Of a DNA stretch of 64,000 bases, positions 48,067 through 57,837 are shown one piece after another. Under the pieces are notes generated by a model. That model worked only from the letters and a program-made list of their open reading frames with translations. It ran no database searches and had not been told where the DNA came from. The DNA is from a virus, in IMG/VR virus record IMGVR_UViG_3300044736_000016, positions 45,769 through 109,768 of that record. One strand, 5' to 3'. The position numbers and the translations under genes were made by a program. Position 1 is the first letter of the stretch, and each line of letters starts with the position of its first letter.

Positions 48067-48686
48067 CGACCTTACGCAGGATCTGGCAGTGGGCGTGGGG
48101 CTTGCGCCTCTATATCCTCGCTGCCTTGTTTGTAGCCCTAGTCATCGCCATGGCCGCATCGCTCGTGGGCTACGGGCAGCGACAGAACAGGCAGGATGCG
48201 CAGAGAGACCGAGACGAGGCTGCCGCGCGGGCGCAGATCGTCCGAATCACCGCAGACGAGGCGACGATCCAGACATTGGTCGACCAGAATCGAAGGTCAA
48301 TCAACAACAACTCGGCCATGCTCGGGACCAGCAGGCTGGACATCAGCGATCTGCGCGCCATCATCGCGCAGACCAAGGACGAGGTCGTGCGCCAGCTCGA
48401 TGGGCTCCCCAGCGTCGGGTTGCCTACGCCGACTGACACCGTGGCTGCCAAGCTCATCGCGCTGCTGGACCGTCTGGACAAGCTCGACGCGATCGTGGCA
48501 CGCCTCGATGCCCGCGTGGCCGCACTGGAGGCAGCCGCGTCCTCGGCTAGTGGCGAGCCCCGTCCCACGCCGACGGGAACGCCAGCACGCTCTCCACGGG
48601 CAGAGCCCGGACCACGCCCTGCGCCAGCGCCAGAGGAGCACTGCATCGTCCAGCATGTCGCTTTCTGTGCCAGCGCGAAGCCGTGA
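48063..48686 (+). CDS. N-terminal TM, coiled-coil, Pro-rich protein (lysis accessory B2)
   Basis: TM plus heptads plus Pro-rich tail ending C......C. Confidence 0.55.
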   Translation: MTTLRRIWQWAWGLRLYILAALFVALVIAMAASLVGYGQRQNRQDAQRDRDEAAARAQIVRITADEATIQTLVDQNRRSINNNSAMLGTSRLDISDLRAIIAQTKDEVVRQLDGLPSVGLPTPTDTVAAKLIALLDRLDKLDAIVARLDARVAALEAAASSASGEPRPTPTGTPARSPRAEPGPRPAPAPEEHCIVQHVAFCASAKP

Positions 48687-48868
48687 ACATGAGAGAGCCC
48701 CGGTGGTTCGGCTATGCCGCTCTCGCGGGTGCTGCGGTTGTCCCGTAGCAGACGATCCTACCGAGGCTCCTTCGCCTCTCAGTATAGCGCACAGGTTGGG
48801 CATCTACGTGCCACGCCTAGCCTGCGTGGGTGGTGGCGTCAGTAGAGCGCTACGAGCGGAGGGCGGGC

Positions 48869-49111
48869 ATGGGGACACTGAATCCGAAGGTGAAGGGACA
48901 GACGATCGCGCACCTTGCCGTATGGACGGCGGCCACTCTTGGGATGGCATGGCTGCAGGGCGGCAAGGCGGCGATGCTCACGGCTGGGACTGGGCTTGTC
49001 GCTACGCTCATGGGGTTCGGTACGGGCTACCAGATCTCCTCGCCTGAGCCTGCAGCGAGTACGATCGCACTGCCGAGCGGCGGGTCGATCACCGAGGTTC
49101 CGCCGGGTTGA
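48869..49111 (+). CDS. Putative holin
   Basis: NPKV, two short TMs, GY motif; upstream of peptidase. Confidence 0.55.
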   Translation: MGTLNPKVKGQTIAHLAVWTAATLGMAWLQGGKAAMLTAGTGLVATLMGFGTGYQISSPEPAASTIALPSGGSITEVPPG

Positions 49112-49119
49112 TGAGTACG

Positions 49120-49782
49120 CTACGAGCGTCGACAGTCAGCGCACCACCTGAGCTTGCTGGTGCCCTGACCGTTGGGCTTGAACTTGGCGCCGCAGCCCTC
49201 GCAGAAATAGTCCGGATGCCGCCGACCGGAGGCATTGCGCTCGCGCAGGGCGCTGAGCCGTCCGTCCTCCTCCATATGGCAGCGTCGGCACCGCCAGACG
49301 ACATTCGATGGAGAGTTGTCGAGGGTGTTTCCGTTCTTGTGGTGCCGATCGATGGCGCGTGCCCCGCAAGCACACACTGGCTCGACGTCTCGGTACAGCC
49401 TTCGTGCTCGCTGGTGTCCAGCGGGCATGGGATGCACGGGTATTCGCTTGCGGGGACGCGGACCAGCCAGATAACAGGCGCGGCACTTGACAGCAGAACG
49501 GCTAGTGAGAGGAGAGCCGCAGGCGCAGAAATGGTCTGCTGGCCTCCAGTAGGGTCTTTCGGGGGCCACGGGGCGGGCAGCCACGGCACAGGCGCGGCAC
49601 CGATTAGCCTGCCGGGTGATCGGTTTCCCACAAGCACACCGACGTGTCGGGTGCTGGGCGGATCGTTCGGCCAGCCGCTGCCTACGCAACTCGTGGTAGC
49701 AGGCACTGCATCGTTCGGTTGTCAAGCGTCGGGTACGCAACGGATCACCACAGTCGATGCAGTGCCTGACTGTTCTAGCCAT
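49120..49782 (-). CDS. HNH endonuclease with multiple Zn-finger repeats
   Basis: HHKNGN.LDN...N...C..CH; repeated CxCG...CxxC. Confidence 0.85.
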   Translation of the reverse strand: MARTVRHCIDCGDPLRTRRLTTERCSACYHELRRQRLAERSAQHPTRRCACGKPITRQANRCRACAVAARPVAPERPYWRPADHFCACGSPLTSRSAVKCRACYLAGPRPRKRIPVHPMPAGHQRARRLYRDVEPVCACGARAIDRHHKNGNTLDNSPSNVVWRCRRCHMEEDGRLSALRERNASGRRHPDYFCEGCGAKFKPNGQGTSKLRWCADCRRS

Positions 49783-49799
49783 GAAGGGATGGTACCACT

Positions 49800-50579
49800 T
49801 TGAGTGTGCTGCAACCCGCACTACTAACATGGCTGCAATTTTCAGAGCCTGGACCGGATCATTCCGAAAGTTGCGGGCAAAATGCAACCGCCTCGGCCCT
49901 CATCGGCGGTGGCCATCTTCCACCTAACGGCAACGCTCCTATTACAGTGGATCGGTGGATGCAAGCGCAAGGCTATCCTGGCCTGTCGACCCAAGGCACG
50001 CAGACGAACTGGCTACAGGACGTCTTGGAACACTTTGGCGGCACTCGTGGCCACGACCACGGTAACAACTTCGACGCCATTGTTCGCACGCTGGGCGCAG
50101 GTCGCTATGCCATCGTTCTGGTTGGCTCCGATCACGTAGGGCATCCAGTACCCAACAACCAAGCCGTCACGGGGCACTGGGTCGCAGTCTATGGATACGA
50201 CGGCACCAACTACCACATCGCCAACAGCGGCTCGGGTCGAGTCGAGGCGTACACCACAGGATATTTCCGGAGCGCGTACCGCGGCATCACGCTCGACACC
50301 GGGATCACGCCGACAGCGAACGAGGAGAGTGGACCGATGACGCAGGATGAGGCGCGCGCCGTCACATACGCCCTGGTAGGGCTGGGGCTCGGTGAGGGCG
50401 CCGACACTCCGGGCATCGGTGCCCAGATCGAGGCGTATGCCACGCCTATGACAGCGAACGTTGAGGGCGCTATCTCGACGCTGATCTCGGACATGCGCAA
50501 GAACCCCGGCTACGTGTGGAACGTCGTGAAGGCGCTGCAGAGTGATGTCGCCAGCCTGAAACAACACGCCGGCATCTAG
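49800..50579 (+). CDS. Putative endolysin, C39-like cysteine peptidase
   Basis: Q...SCG, GHWVAVYGYD, N; lysis position. Confidence 0.65.
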   Translation: MSVLQPALLTWLQFSEPGPDHSESCGQNATASALIGGGHLPPNGNAPITVDRWMQAQGYPGLSTQGTQTNWLQDVLEHFGGTRGHDHGNNFDAIVRTLGAGRYAIVLVGSDHVGHPVPNNQAVTGHWVAVYGYDGTNYHIANSGSGRVEAYTTGYFRSAYRGITLDTGITPTANEESGPMTQDEARAVTYALVGLGLGEGADTPGIGAQIEAYATPMTANVEGAISTLISDMRKNPGYVWNVVKALQSDVASLKQHAGI

Positions 50580-50590
50580 GGAGAGAACGC

Positions 50591-50983
50591 ATGGGTCTCG
50601 GAGACATCTTCCACAAGGTCGTAGGCGCGGCGACGGGTGCCGTCAGGGGCGTCGCGGAGGTCGTGCCCGTCGCGGTGAGCACGGTCGTGGCGAACGTGGG
50701 TAGCGGCATCGCCAACCCCCCCACGGTGCCGAATATCGGGGCAGTGCTCACGGGCGCGGCCACCACCACCCACGCCAGCGGCCAGGGCACCGTCCTCGAG
50801 CACTACGTGGCCAAGTACGGCGCGGCAGGGCTGGCCATGGTGACCGCGCTAATCGTGCCGCACCTCCCGCTGCCCGCAGGGATTAAGACTGCCGGGTCCG
50901 CTGCCCTCGTCGGCTTCGCGCTCAAGATGCTGCACGACACCGCCGCCCACATGGAAGCGCCCTACACGGGAACTGCGGCGTGA
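50591..50983 (+). CDS. Membrane-associated hypothetical protein
   Basis: RBS, hydrophobic C-terminal half. Confidence 0.55.
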   Translation: MGLGDIFHKVVGAATGAVRGVAEVVPVAVSTVVANVGSGIANPPTVPNIGAVLTGAATTTHASGQGTVLEHYVAKYGAAGLAMVTALIVPHLPLPAGIKTAGSAALVGFALKMLHDTAAHMEAPYTGTAA

Positions 50984-51150
50984 TCGACGTCATCCTGCAG
51001 ACGACCGCCCATGCCTCGTCCAACGCCGTGACCGTGCTCGCGGAGGGCCTGGCTGCTGGGATAACCGGCGCGGGAGCCATCGCTGCGCTCATCATGCACG
51101 GGCTACACGTCACGACGCCTGCGATCGGCGCACTCCTGCGCCTGCTCTAA
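50980..51150 (+). CDS. Small hydrophobic protein
   Basis: Read manually; GTGA-coupled. Confidence 0.45.
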   Translation: MIDVILQTTAHASSNAVTVLAEGLAAGITGAGAIAALIMHGLHVTTPAIGALLRLL

Positions 51151-51171
51151 TTGACGCCCCCACCCACGCTC

Positions 51172-51203
51172 GACCCCGGCGTCATCGGTACGGCGCCGGG
51201 GTC
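51172..51203. terminator. 12-bp GC hairpin between the convergent late and early arms
   Basis: gaccccggcgtc-N8-ggcgccggggtc. Confidence 0.65.
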
Positions 51204-51210
51204 ACTGCGT

Positions 51211-51693
51211 CTAGGCTGGAACGTCGGCACGCGGTAGCCGATACACAGCACGGCTGACACGCTGCACGTCGCCTTCCCTTGTCATCAGAGAGAGCAGGGT
51301 GGATACAGTCTCACTAGACAGTCCAGTGCGCGCGGTGATCTGACGAGAGGTGGCTTGGCCGCGGTACTCCGCGACGACCCTCAATATGCGAGCACGCTGA
51401 GTCGGCTTCCTCGCGGACCCCAACGCTGGCCCAACCAATACCTCCGCCGTCCGCTGTCTCCGAGGCTCCCATTGGATGAACCCGAGTTCACGCATCTCTG
51501 TGAGCAGATCAAAGATGGTGGCGACCGAACTGAACCCAACGTAGGCGCCAATCTCGGTCAGTATCGGACCTTTCCCGAACGTCTTGCGGTACTGCTCAAC
51601 CCACCCTGCAACGCGGCGCATGCGTAACTCGGCGGCGGTGATGACGTAGACGGGCGGGTCCTCTACGGGCTCCGGCTGCAACTGCGCGCTCAT
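51211..51693 (-). CDS. LexA-like wHTH plus second HTH, no peptidase domain
   Basis: G.GP..TEI...VGFSS.AT....L..M...GFI......R. Confidence 0.7.
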   Translation of the reverse strand: MSAQLQPEPVEDPPVYVITAAELRMRRVAGWVEQYRKTFGKGPILTEIGAYVGFSSVATIFDLLTEMRELGFIQWEPRRQRTAEVLVGPALGSARKPTQRARILRVVAEYRGQATSRQITARTGLSSETVSTLLSLMTREGDVQRVSRAVYRLPRADVPA

Positions 51694-52498
51694 CGCGCCT
51701 CCCTCTCGCGATCGAACAGGATCTCGCAGGCGTGCGGCTCACCCACCTCGCAGTCCAGACACACCTTGTGGGGCGTACGACGTCGCTTCCTCTCCTGCTT
51801 CTCCCATGCCACAAGTTCGGGCCAAGAGATCCGCATGACGACACTCAGCGCCACACAAATGAGGGTCATAATTGCAATGCCACACAACATCCCGGCTGGT
51901 GCGCACGGCCAGAAGTCGGAGCAGTGGAGAGGATCGAACACGTTGGTGTTCATCGCTGCCCATCCCCCGGTGCGTTGCCGTGCAGGAGCGTGGAGAGTTC
52001 GTCCAATTGCGCCTGCGTGGCGGGACGGCTCCACAACCGGCGGCGCTTGGGGACGATGCGGAAACTGCGGTCCCAGCGGCCGAGGAGTTGGAGCGCACGG
52101 CTCAGCCCCTCTGCCGGCTGCTGCGCTGGTGTCATCGTGGTGTACCGACCGGCTCAGGCTGAGGTTCGGGTTGGGGCTGTGGGAAGCGGATCGGCTCCGG
52201 GGCTCCGCGGCGCTCCTTGTGCGTGATTTCGTCGGGATGCATCGCCGTCTGGCTGTACATTCCCCACATCTCCCGAAGTTCACACACCCAGATTTCGTTC
52301 GGCGTCAGGTTGGGCGTCATGGGTTCGGCTCCTTGTCGATCAGGTACTGCACCAACGCCTCAATCCGCGCCAGTCGCGCATCGATCGTGTGCACGGTCAC
52401 CGGCTCGGCATCGCTATACCAGCGCGTACCGTCTGAGATATCGGGGGCGATATGGCTCGGCATAACCGTCACGGATGCGCTGCGCGGTCGGGGCGTTG

Positions 52499-52756
52499 TC
52501 ATCGCTTCATCTTGCGCAAGTCATCACGCAACCGCTTGCCCTCCAACTGCCAACCACGGAGCCGAGGCACCGTGTACAGAAGCAATATCACGGCAGCCCC
52601 GACCCAGAACGAGCCGAGGATCGACTGCGTCATATGCCACACCAGCAACAGGATCCCGGAGCCCAGCGTGAGCAGCAGGGCTAGGCCCCAGATCACGCCC
52701 GTCTCAAGGTAGCGGATGGCTGGCATGAGCGGGCCTTCTCTGTTCGGATCCGTCAT
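52499..52756 (-). CDS. Membrane protein
   Basis: Two TMs. Confidence 0.5.
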   Translation of the reverse strand: MTDPNREGPLMPAIRYLETGVIWGLALLLTLGSGILLLVWHMTQSILGSFWVGAAVILLLYTVPRLRGWQLEGKRLRDDLRKMKR

Positions 52757-53190
52757 CGTCCTCGCACCTCGTCCATACGGCCCTGCTCGGTCAGCATGCG
52801 CTCGATCCTGCGGGCGACGTCCAGCGGCGTGTCCTCGTCGTATCGCTCCACCTCCAGCCTCAGCGCGAAGATACAGCGGTCCACGGCGGTCCAGCCCATC
52901 AGCTCGGCCTTCTCCTTGTCTCGTCCATCCGTGATGCGGCGATGGCAGGAGCGGTGCAATGCCTCGGTGAACCATGACGTCGAGCAAAGCGGCTCAGCGA
53001 TGAGGTGGCCGCGCTTGAAGATGTGCTCCCATTCTGTCCGGTCTCCGCGGTCCACATCCAGACGTCCCTTGCAGGCTCCGCACAGACCCTTGGCACGACG
53101 CACCACGATGCGCTTCGTGGCTTGGTGGAACGGGGCGAGGGCTGCCGCACGGTCAGAGCGCTGCCGCATCGGGCGGGGGAGACTGGACAC
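52753..53190 (-). CDS. HNH-fold nuclease-like protein
   Basis: CxxC...EWEHI..R...L.RSCH. Confidence 0.55.
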   Translation of the reverse strand: MSSLPRPMRQRSDRAAALAPFHQATKRIVVRRAKGLCGACKGRLDVDRGDRTEWEHIFKRGHLIAEPLCSTSWFTEALHRSCHRRITDGRDKEKAELMGWTAVDRCIFALRLEVERYDEDTPLDVARRIERMLTEQGRMDEVRGR

Positions 53191-53191
53191 G

Positions 53192-53611
53192 TCAGTTCAG
53201 CCTTGCCGTGGCACCGTCGACCGTATCCGCGGACGGCATGACGAGGCTCAGCGCGGCAGGACGGTCGGCCGAGGACGCTCCCGCAGCCTTCGCCTTCGGC
53301 CGTGCGATGACGTTGAGCGGGGCCGCGCAGGTGCACCCCTCGTCCATCCCCATGACGCAACGCGCCTCGTCGTCCGCGTCCATCATCGCGTCCCACGCCT
53401 CATCCTGCGCCGGTACGTCGTCACGTTCCATGGCGACATCCCACGCAGCGTCAGCCCGCAGTCGGCGCATGTACGCGGTGGCAACGGCGACGAGCTCGCC
53501 CGCAGACATGCGCATCGCCGCGTCGAAGTCCTCCTGCCCCTGGCCGATAGGCTCGCGATCCTCGGTGTCGACCACGGTCAGCGTGTCCCGTACTCGCCGT
53601 CGGTTGGCCAC
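53192..53611 (-). CDS. Hypothetical protein
   Basis: Operon continuity. Confidence 0.45.
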   Translation of the reverse strand: MANRRRVRDTLTVVDTEDREPIGQGQEDFDAAMRMSAGELVAVATAYMRRLRADAAWDVAMERDDVPAQDEAWDAMMDADDEARCVMGMDEGCTCAAPLNVIARPKAKAAGASSADRPAALSLVMPSADTVDGATARLN

Positions 53612-54201
53612 GCATCGCCACGAACCACACCGGACTCCTCGAGCGCAGAGGCGTCATCCTCGGGCGCGGCAGTCTCCTCGGCGACGTGGTGCTCGACGTG
53701 CGTGCCGTTCTCTGCGGGCTGCTCGGAAGGTCGCATACCGCGCAGATCTGCCGCGATCCAGTATCCCTTCGGCGTGGTGGGGCGCACGGCCACAGTACCG
53801 AGGTTCGCATTGTGGAGCCGCTGGAGCGACTGGGACACGGCGCGCCCGTCGACGCTGCCGAACCCCTCCATTGCGGTGAGGGCCGAGGTGATGGTGCCCA
53901 CGCGCATCGCGCCGCCACCCGTGGGAGGATCGTGCAGGATGCGCAGCACCGCGGCATCGATCATGGCGGATGAGGGCTTGGGCTCAGCCGGCGTCGAGGG
54001 GATGGGAGCGAGCTTGGCCTCCTGCGTCGGCTGCACGACCGGAGTGCCGGGGTCGGTCAGGACGACCAGAGCGTCGGTGAGGTTGGTGATGGCCAGTTCG
54101 CACGTCAGGGCCAAGGCCGAGAGACGGGCCTCGGCGGCCTCCTTCGCAGCGACGAGCGCGTCCACCTGCTGCCCGATACTGGGGGCGGCGGTGTTGTCCA
54201 T
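53578..54201 (-). CDS. Coiled-coil plus winged-helix protein
   Basis: AVLRIL...I...L...VSQSLQRL...YW. Confidence 0.5.
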   Translation of the reverse strand: MDNTAAPSIGQQVDALVAAKEAAEARLSALALTCELAITNLTDALVVLTDPGTPVVQPTQEAKLAPIPSTPAEPKPSSAMIDAAVLRILHDPPTGGGAMRVGTITSALTAMEGFGSVDGRAVSQSLQRLHNANLGTVAVRPTTPKGYWIAADLRGMRPSEQPAENGTHVEHHVAEETAAPEDDASALEESGVVRGDAWPTDGEYGTR

Positions 54202-54928
54202 GTGTCTCCTGTGGTCGTGGGGGAGCGACGCCATCAGCAAACGCCGCCCCACATGTCTGTCAGTAGTTGGTGAGCACCGCCCAGAGGACGATGGCAAGGA
54301 TGCCGACCGATACAGCAACGATGGGGACAACACAATCCGGGACGTGCCACGTTGGGTTATCGGGCGGGCCGGTTCGGAGCGGGTCGAGGCGGACGATATC
54401 CATGTACCGACCGTCGTCGCGAGTGATCCGCCACACGGGCTGACGGTCTGCGGGCTCGGGCACGGCGCGCACGGGGCCTACGGACTGGCGAGTGATCACT
54501 GGCGGTGCTGCCAGCCGTAACGCTGTACGGCGGCTCTCTCCTTGTCGTCAGCCCACGTCGAGGACACCTTCATGCGTTCGACGAACAGGTGCAGGGCGTC
54601 CGTCGTGCAGTGAGCCCAGCGAGAGTGGACCCGACCACACTGAGAGCACGCCTTGGGTTGCGACTGACGGAACGGCGAGTCGTTCCAGTTCACGCTGCCG
54701 CCTCCGCTTTGGCCCAGATCGCGACCCGCCTCGTCGGCATCATCCCAGCCATGCCGGGGACAGCGAAGCGCTTGTGGAGCGGGCAGAACCGAACGTCTGC
54801 CACACCGTCACCCGCAGTTTGAGTGTCTTGGGATACGTGCATGCGGAAGGTGGCCGACTCTGCGCCCTCCCAGCAGTCGCGCCATCCGCAGTAGCCATCG
54901 GCGCACTTCGGGAGCATGCGGACGGTGG

Positions 54929-55252
54929 TCATGGCCAGCCCAGCCGATCGCGCAAAGGAGCGAGGCGTGCCATCGTTGCCACGCTCTCATCGGCCAATTC
55001 CCCAAACCAGACGCGTGAGCCTCGCTCGTGCTCAATGGCACGCAATGCAGCGATGGCCTCATGGAACTGCCTGACCATGCGGCCCACATCTTCCACCTCA
55101 GCAACGCTCAGCCACGGGCCTACATGCTCAGATGGCCACGCCCATATGTCGCCATCTGGGTCTGCAAGCGTGACGCGGCCATGCTCATCCAACGGATGCC
55201 CACTTTCCTCGGGCGTGCACCGCAGTGCCATAAACCTCGGCGTGTCGGTCAT
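54929..55252 (-). CDS. 'RLGW' family hypothetical protein
   Basis: C-terminal PLRDRLGWP. Confidence 0.55.
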   Translation of the reverse strand: MTDTPRFMALRCTPEESGHPLDEHGRVTLADPDGDIWAWPSEHVGPWLSVAEVEDVGRMVRQFHEAIAALRAIEHERGSRVWFGELADESVATMARLAPLRDRLGWP

Positions 55253-55818
55253 CGCCGCTTCCCTGCGGGCTTCGGCTTCTCCACGCCGATCTTGCCCTTC
55301 GCCTTATGGAACGGCCGGATCGCTGCGGCAGCCTCGCCATCCTCGCGGAGGACGCGCCCCGCCTCCTTCGTATCCACAACGCGCTGCGTCTCATACGTAC
55401 ACGTCGGCTCTGCGTCTCCCGCGCGGAACTCCTCGTCGAGGATGGAGCACAGCCGGTCTGCCCTCTCCATCGCGCCGACGAAGGTATCGCCCGCGACGAT
55501 GTGGCCCAGCGTCACCCTCACCTGCACGTTGGAGACGAGTTCTGGCATCACCTGCGCGACGCCATCGCTGTCCCACTCGTAGCCGTCCGGGATCTTGGTG
55601 ACCAGCCCTGCCGACGTGCGGATCGGGCCGTTGTCCTTGTACCACGCTCCCAGCGAGCGGATGAGATGCCAACACTCGAGGTTGAGGTCGGCGCCGTACT
55701 GTGCCCACCACTCTGCGCGCTCTTGGATCGGGGCGTGGCGCGGTGGCGGGGCCGGGATGAGGGGTTGAGCGGGAGCCGAAGCCCCCGCTCCGAGATGGGT
55801 GTGATTCGTAGTTGTCAT
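55249..55818 (-). CDS. Hypothetical protein adjacent to ERF
   Basis: Long ORF in recombination module. Confidence 0.55.
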   Translation of the reverse strand: MTTTNHTHLGAGASAPAQPLIPAPPPRHAPIQERAEWWAQYGADLNLECWHLIRSLGAWYKDNGPIRTSAGLVTKIPDGYEWDSDGVAQVMPELVSNVQVRVTLGHIVAGDTFVGAMERADRLCSILDEEFRAGDAEPTCTYETQRVVDTKEAGRVLREDGEAAAAIRPFHKAKGKIGVEKPKPAGKRR

Positions 55819-55825
55819 GTCAGAC

Positions 55826-56863
55826 TCAGAACGGGATCGGCGCGGGGTTGTCCCGCACGCCGCGGATGCATCCGGTGAGGTCGGAGATCAGGCTGACCAG
55901 CGGCCCCGTCTCCTCGAACGACCGCAGCCAGTCCGTCGACTTGGCCTTGCCGTCCCAGCCATGGTGGGTCATGACTGCCTTGCACGCCTCCGCGTCCATC
56001 TTGGAGAACTCAAGGGTCTTGCGAGCCGCGGTCTGGATGAGTTCGATAATGGTGACTGGCCCGTCCTCAGGCGGCGGTCCCTCATCCGTCATGGGTTGAC
56101 TCATCATCTCGGCCGCAGCCGCACCGGCCTCGGCGTCGCGGATCCACTGCGCCTGCACATCGAAGGCGGGGCGCCATCCGCACGAATCCTCTCCACGCTT
56201 CCACTCGGCGTGGCCGATGAACGGACGCTTGCCATCCGCGTAGATGATCGCCAAGGAGCCGCCGCAGTCTGGGCACCCCGGCTCGATGAGCACCTTGCGG
56301 GGCCGCTGACCCTCGCCTGAACCAGCAGGACCACCCTGAGTGGAGCGTGGCGCACTGCCCTGGTCGCGGGCCGCCGGCTTGCCTTCATCCTCGGCAGCTG
56401 CGAGATGGAACAGTGCCTTGTAAAACGCCTTGCGGGCGAACGACGATCCTGCGATGGGGTTGCTGCCGATGTCTGCCCACTCTGCCCAGTCCGTACGGTC
56501 TTCGGGGGTGTCCGCGTTGACGAGCCTAACCTTGAGCCTCACCATCCAGACATCGAAGGTACCGTCTCGTGCCGGTAGCGAGATCCGCTCAGGCGCCGCC
56601 GCCGAACTCCACTCCGTGACGACGCCATGCTCAGCGAGCAGCGGCCCAAGCACCTCCTCTACGTCATCGATACCGATGGCCTTCTTGCCGCCCGCCGTGG
56701 ACGCCGTCTTACTGGTCGCTTCCACGGGGCCGATCGCCTGCGTGATCGCGCTGATTCGCTGATAGAGGTTGCGGCCCGGATCGTGCTCGGGCACGTCCGC
56801 CGCTATTGCGCCGCTGGCCTTACGGCCTCGTGCAGTGCCGATGGGGATGGGCTGGTCGCTCAT
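55826..56863 (-). CDS. ERF-family single-strand annealing protein
   Basis: NLYQRI..I...I....K...DDV...L..LL.EHGV; LVNAD.PED; SFARK..Y..LF.L...ED. Confidence 0.78.
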   Translation of the reverse strand: MSDQPIPIGTARGRKASGAIAADVPEHDPGRNLYQRISAITQAIGPVEATSKTASTAGGKKAIGIDDVEEVLGPLLAEHGVVTEWSSAAAPERISLPARDGTFDVWMVRLKVRLVNADTPEDRTDWAEWADIGSNPIAGSSFARKAFYKALFHLAAAEDEGKPAARDQGSAPRSTQGGPAGSGEGQRPRKVLIEPGCPDCGGSLAIIYADGKRPFIGHAEWKRGEDSCGWRPAFDVQAQWIRDAEAGAAAAEMMSQPMTDEGPPPEDGPVTIIELIQTAARKTLEFSKMDAEACKAVMTHHGWDGKAKSTDWLRSFEETGPLVSLISDLTGCIRGVRDNPAPIPF

Positions 56864-57328
56864 GCTGTCTCCACCTTGACTAGGGCATCTGCGAACGCCA
56901 ACTCGTCAGCGACCGCCTCCCGATACCACGTCCACTCGCCGGCCTCACCCTTGCCAAGGCAGACAGCGTTGTCCGTGGCGATACTCTCGTGTCCGCGCTC
57001 GCAACGCCACATGTCCAGGCACGCTACCGTCGAGGTGACGCTGTGGCGGTGGGCGACAAAGATCAACATCTGGTCGCAGTGCTGGCAGTGGTGCATTACG
57101 CTGCGGCTCCCTTCGCGCCATGCCTTGCGGCACGCTCTGCGGCATCTGCGTCGGCGCACGGCCAGCACAAGTCAGCGTTCCGCCCCACACCGCCGATGGG
57201 CCAGTCCTGGCAGCGTCCGCAAAGCGATGGCTCCACGACGATGACACGGTGGCGCTGGCGGGCCTTGGGGAGCGTGCATACCGGGCAGTCCGTGCGGGAG
57301 CAGCCGGGGCAGCCGAGGACGAGGGTGG

Positions 57329-57637
57329 TCATGCCCAGCCCAGCCGATGACGAATGGGTTCAACTGCGGCGAGCGCATCGTGCATCGGTTGCCACGGGCG
57401 TCCGCAGTCATCAGCCAGATACTCGTCAGTCGCCACTGCGATGACGCGACGAATGGCCTCCCATTCCTCCGTGCTCAGTCTCGGTATCAGATGGCCAGAG
57501 GTGGCGATGGTCTCCGTCCCGTTCGGGCACTCCACGATGTACTCATCGACGCCAGTCACGCCGTCCTCGCTGTGTTCCTCGCGCACCACGGTAACCACCA
57601 TCAGCGCGTCCTGTCCTAATGTTGGCGTGTAGGTCAT
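57329..57637 (-). CDS. 'RLGW' family hypothetical protein
   Basis: C-terminal PIRHRLGWA. Confidence 0.55.
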   Translation of the reverse strand: MTYTPTLGQDALMVVTVVREEHSEDGVTGVDEYIVECPNGTETIATSGHLIPRLSTEEWEAIRRVIAVATDEYLADDCGRPWQPMHDALAAVEPIRHRLGWA

Positions 57638-57837
57638 GATGCTTTCCTTTCGGTGAACGCGAGGGAGAGCAGGCGGCGCGTCTCCTCGATGCTGGCGGCT
57701 TGCTCCGACCGCGACATGCCGAGGCATCGCGGGCAGACTTCGCCATCGGGCTGCTGCTCCTCGTGGCATTCGATGCAGGACGCGTCTAGGCTCATCGGCA
57801 GGATGGCGTCGCGGGTGGAACGCTGGGTGAAGGCCAT

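Noticed and set aside
52796-55601. Long plus-strand ORFs (574 aa, 369 aa)
   Set aside because: Arg/Ser-rich shadow translations overlapping coupled minus-strand genes
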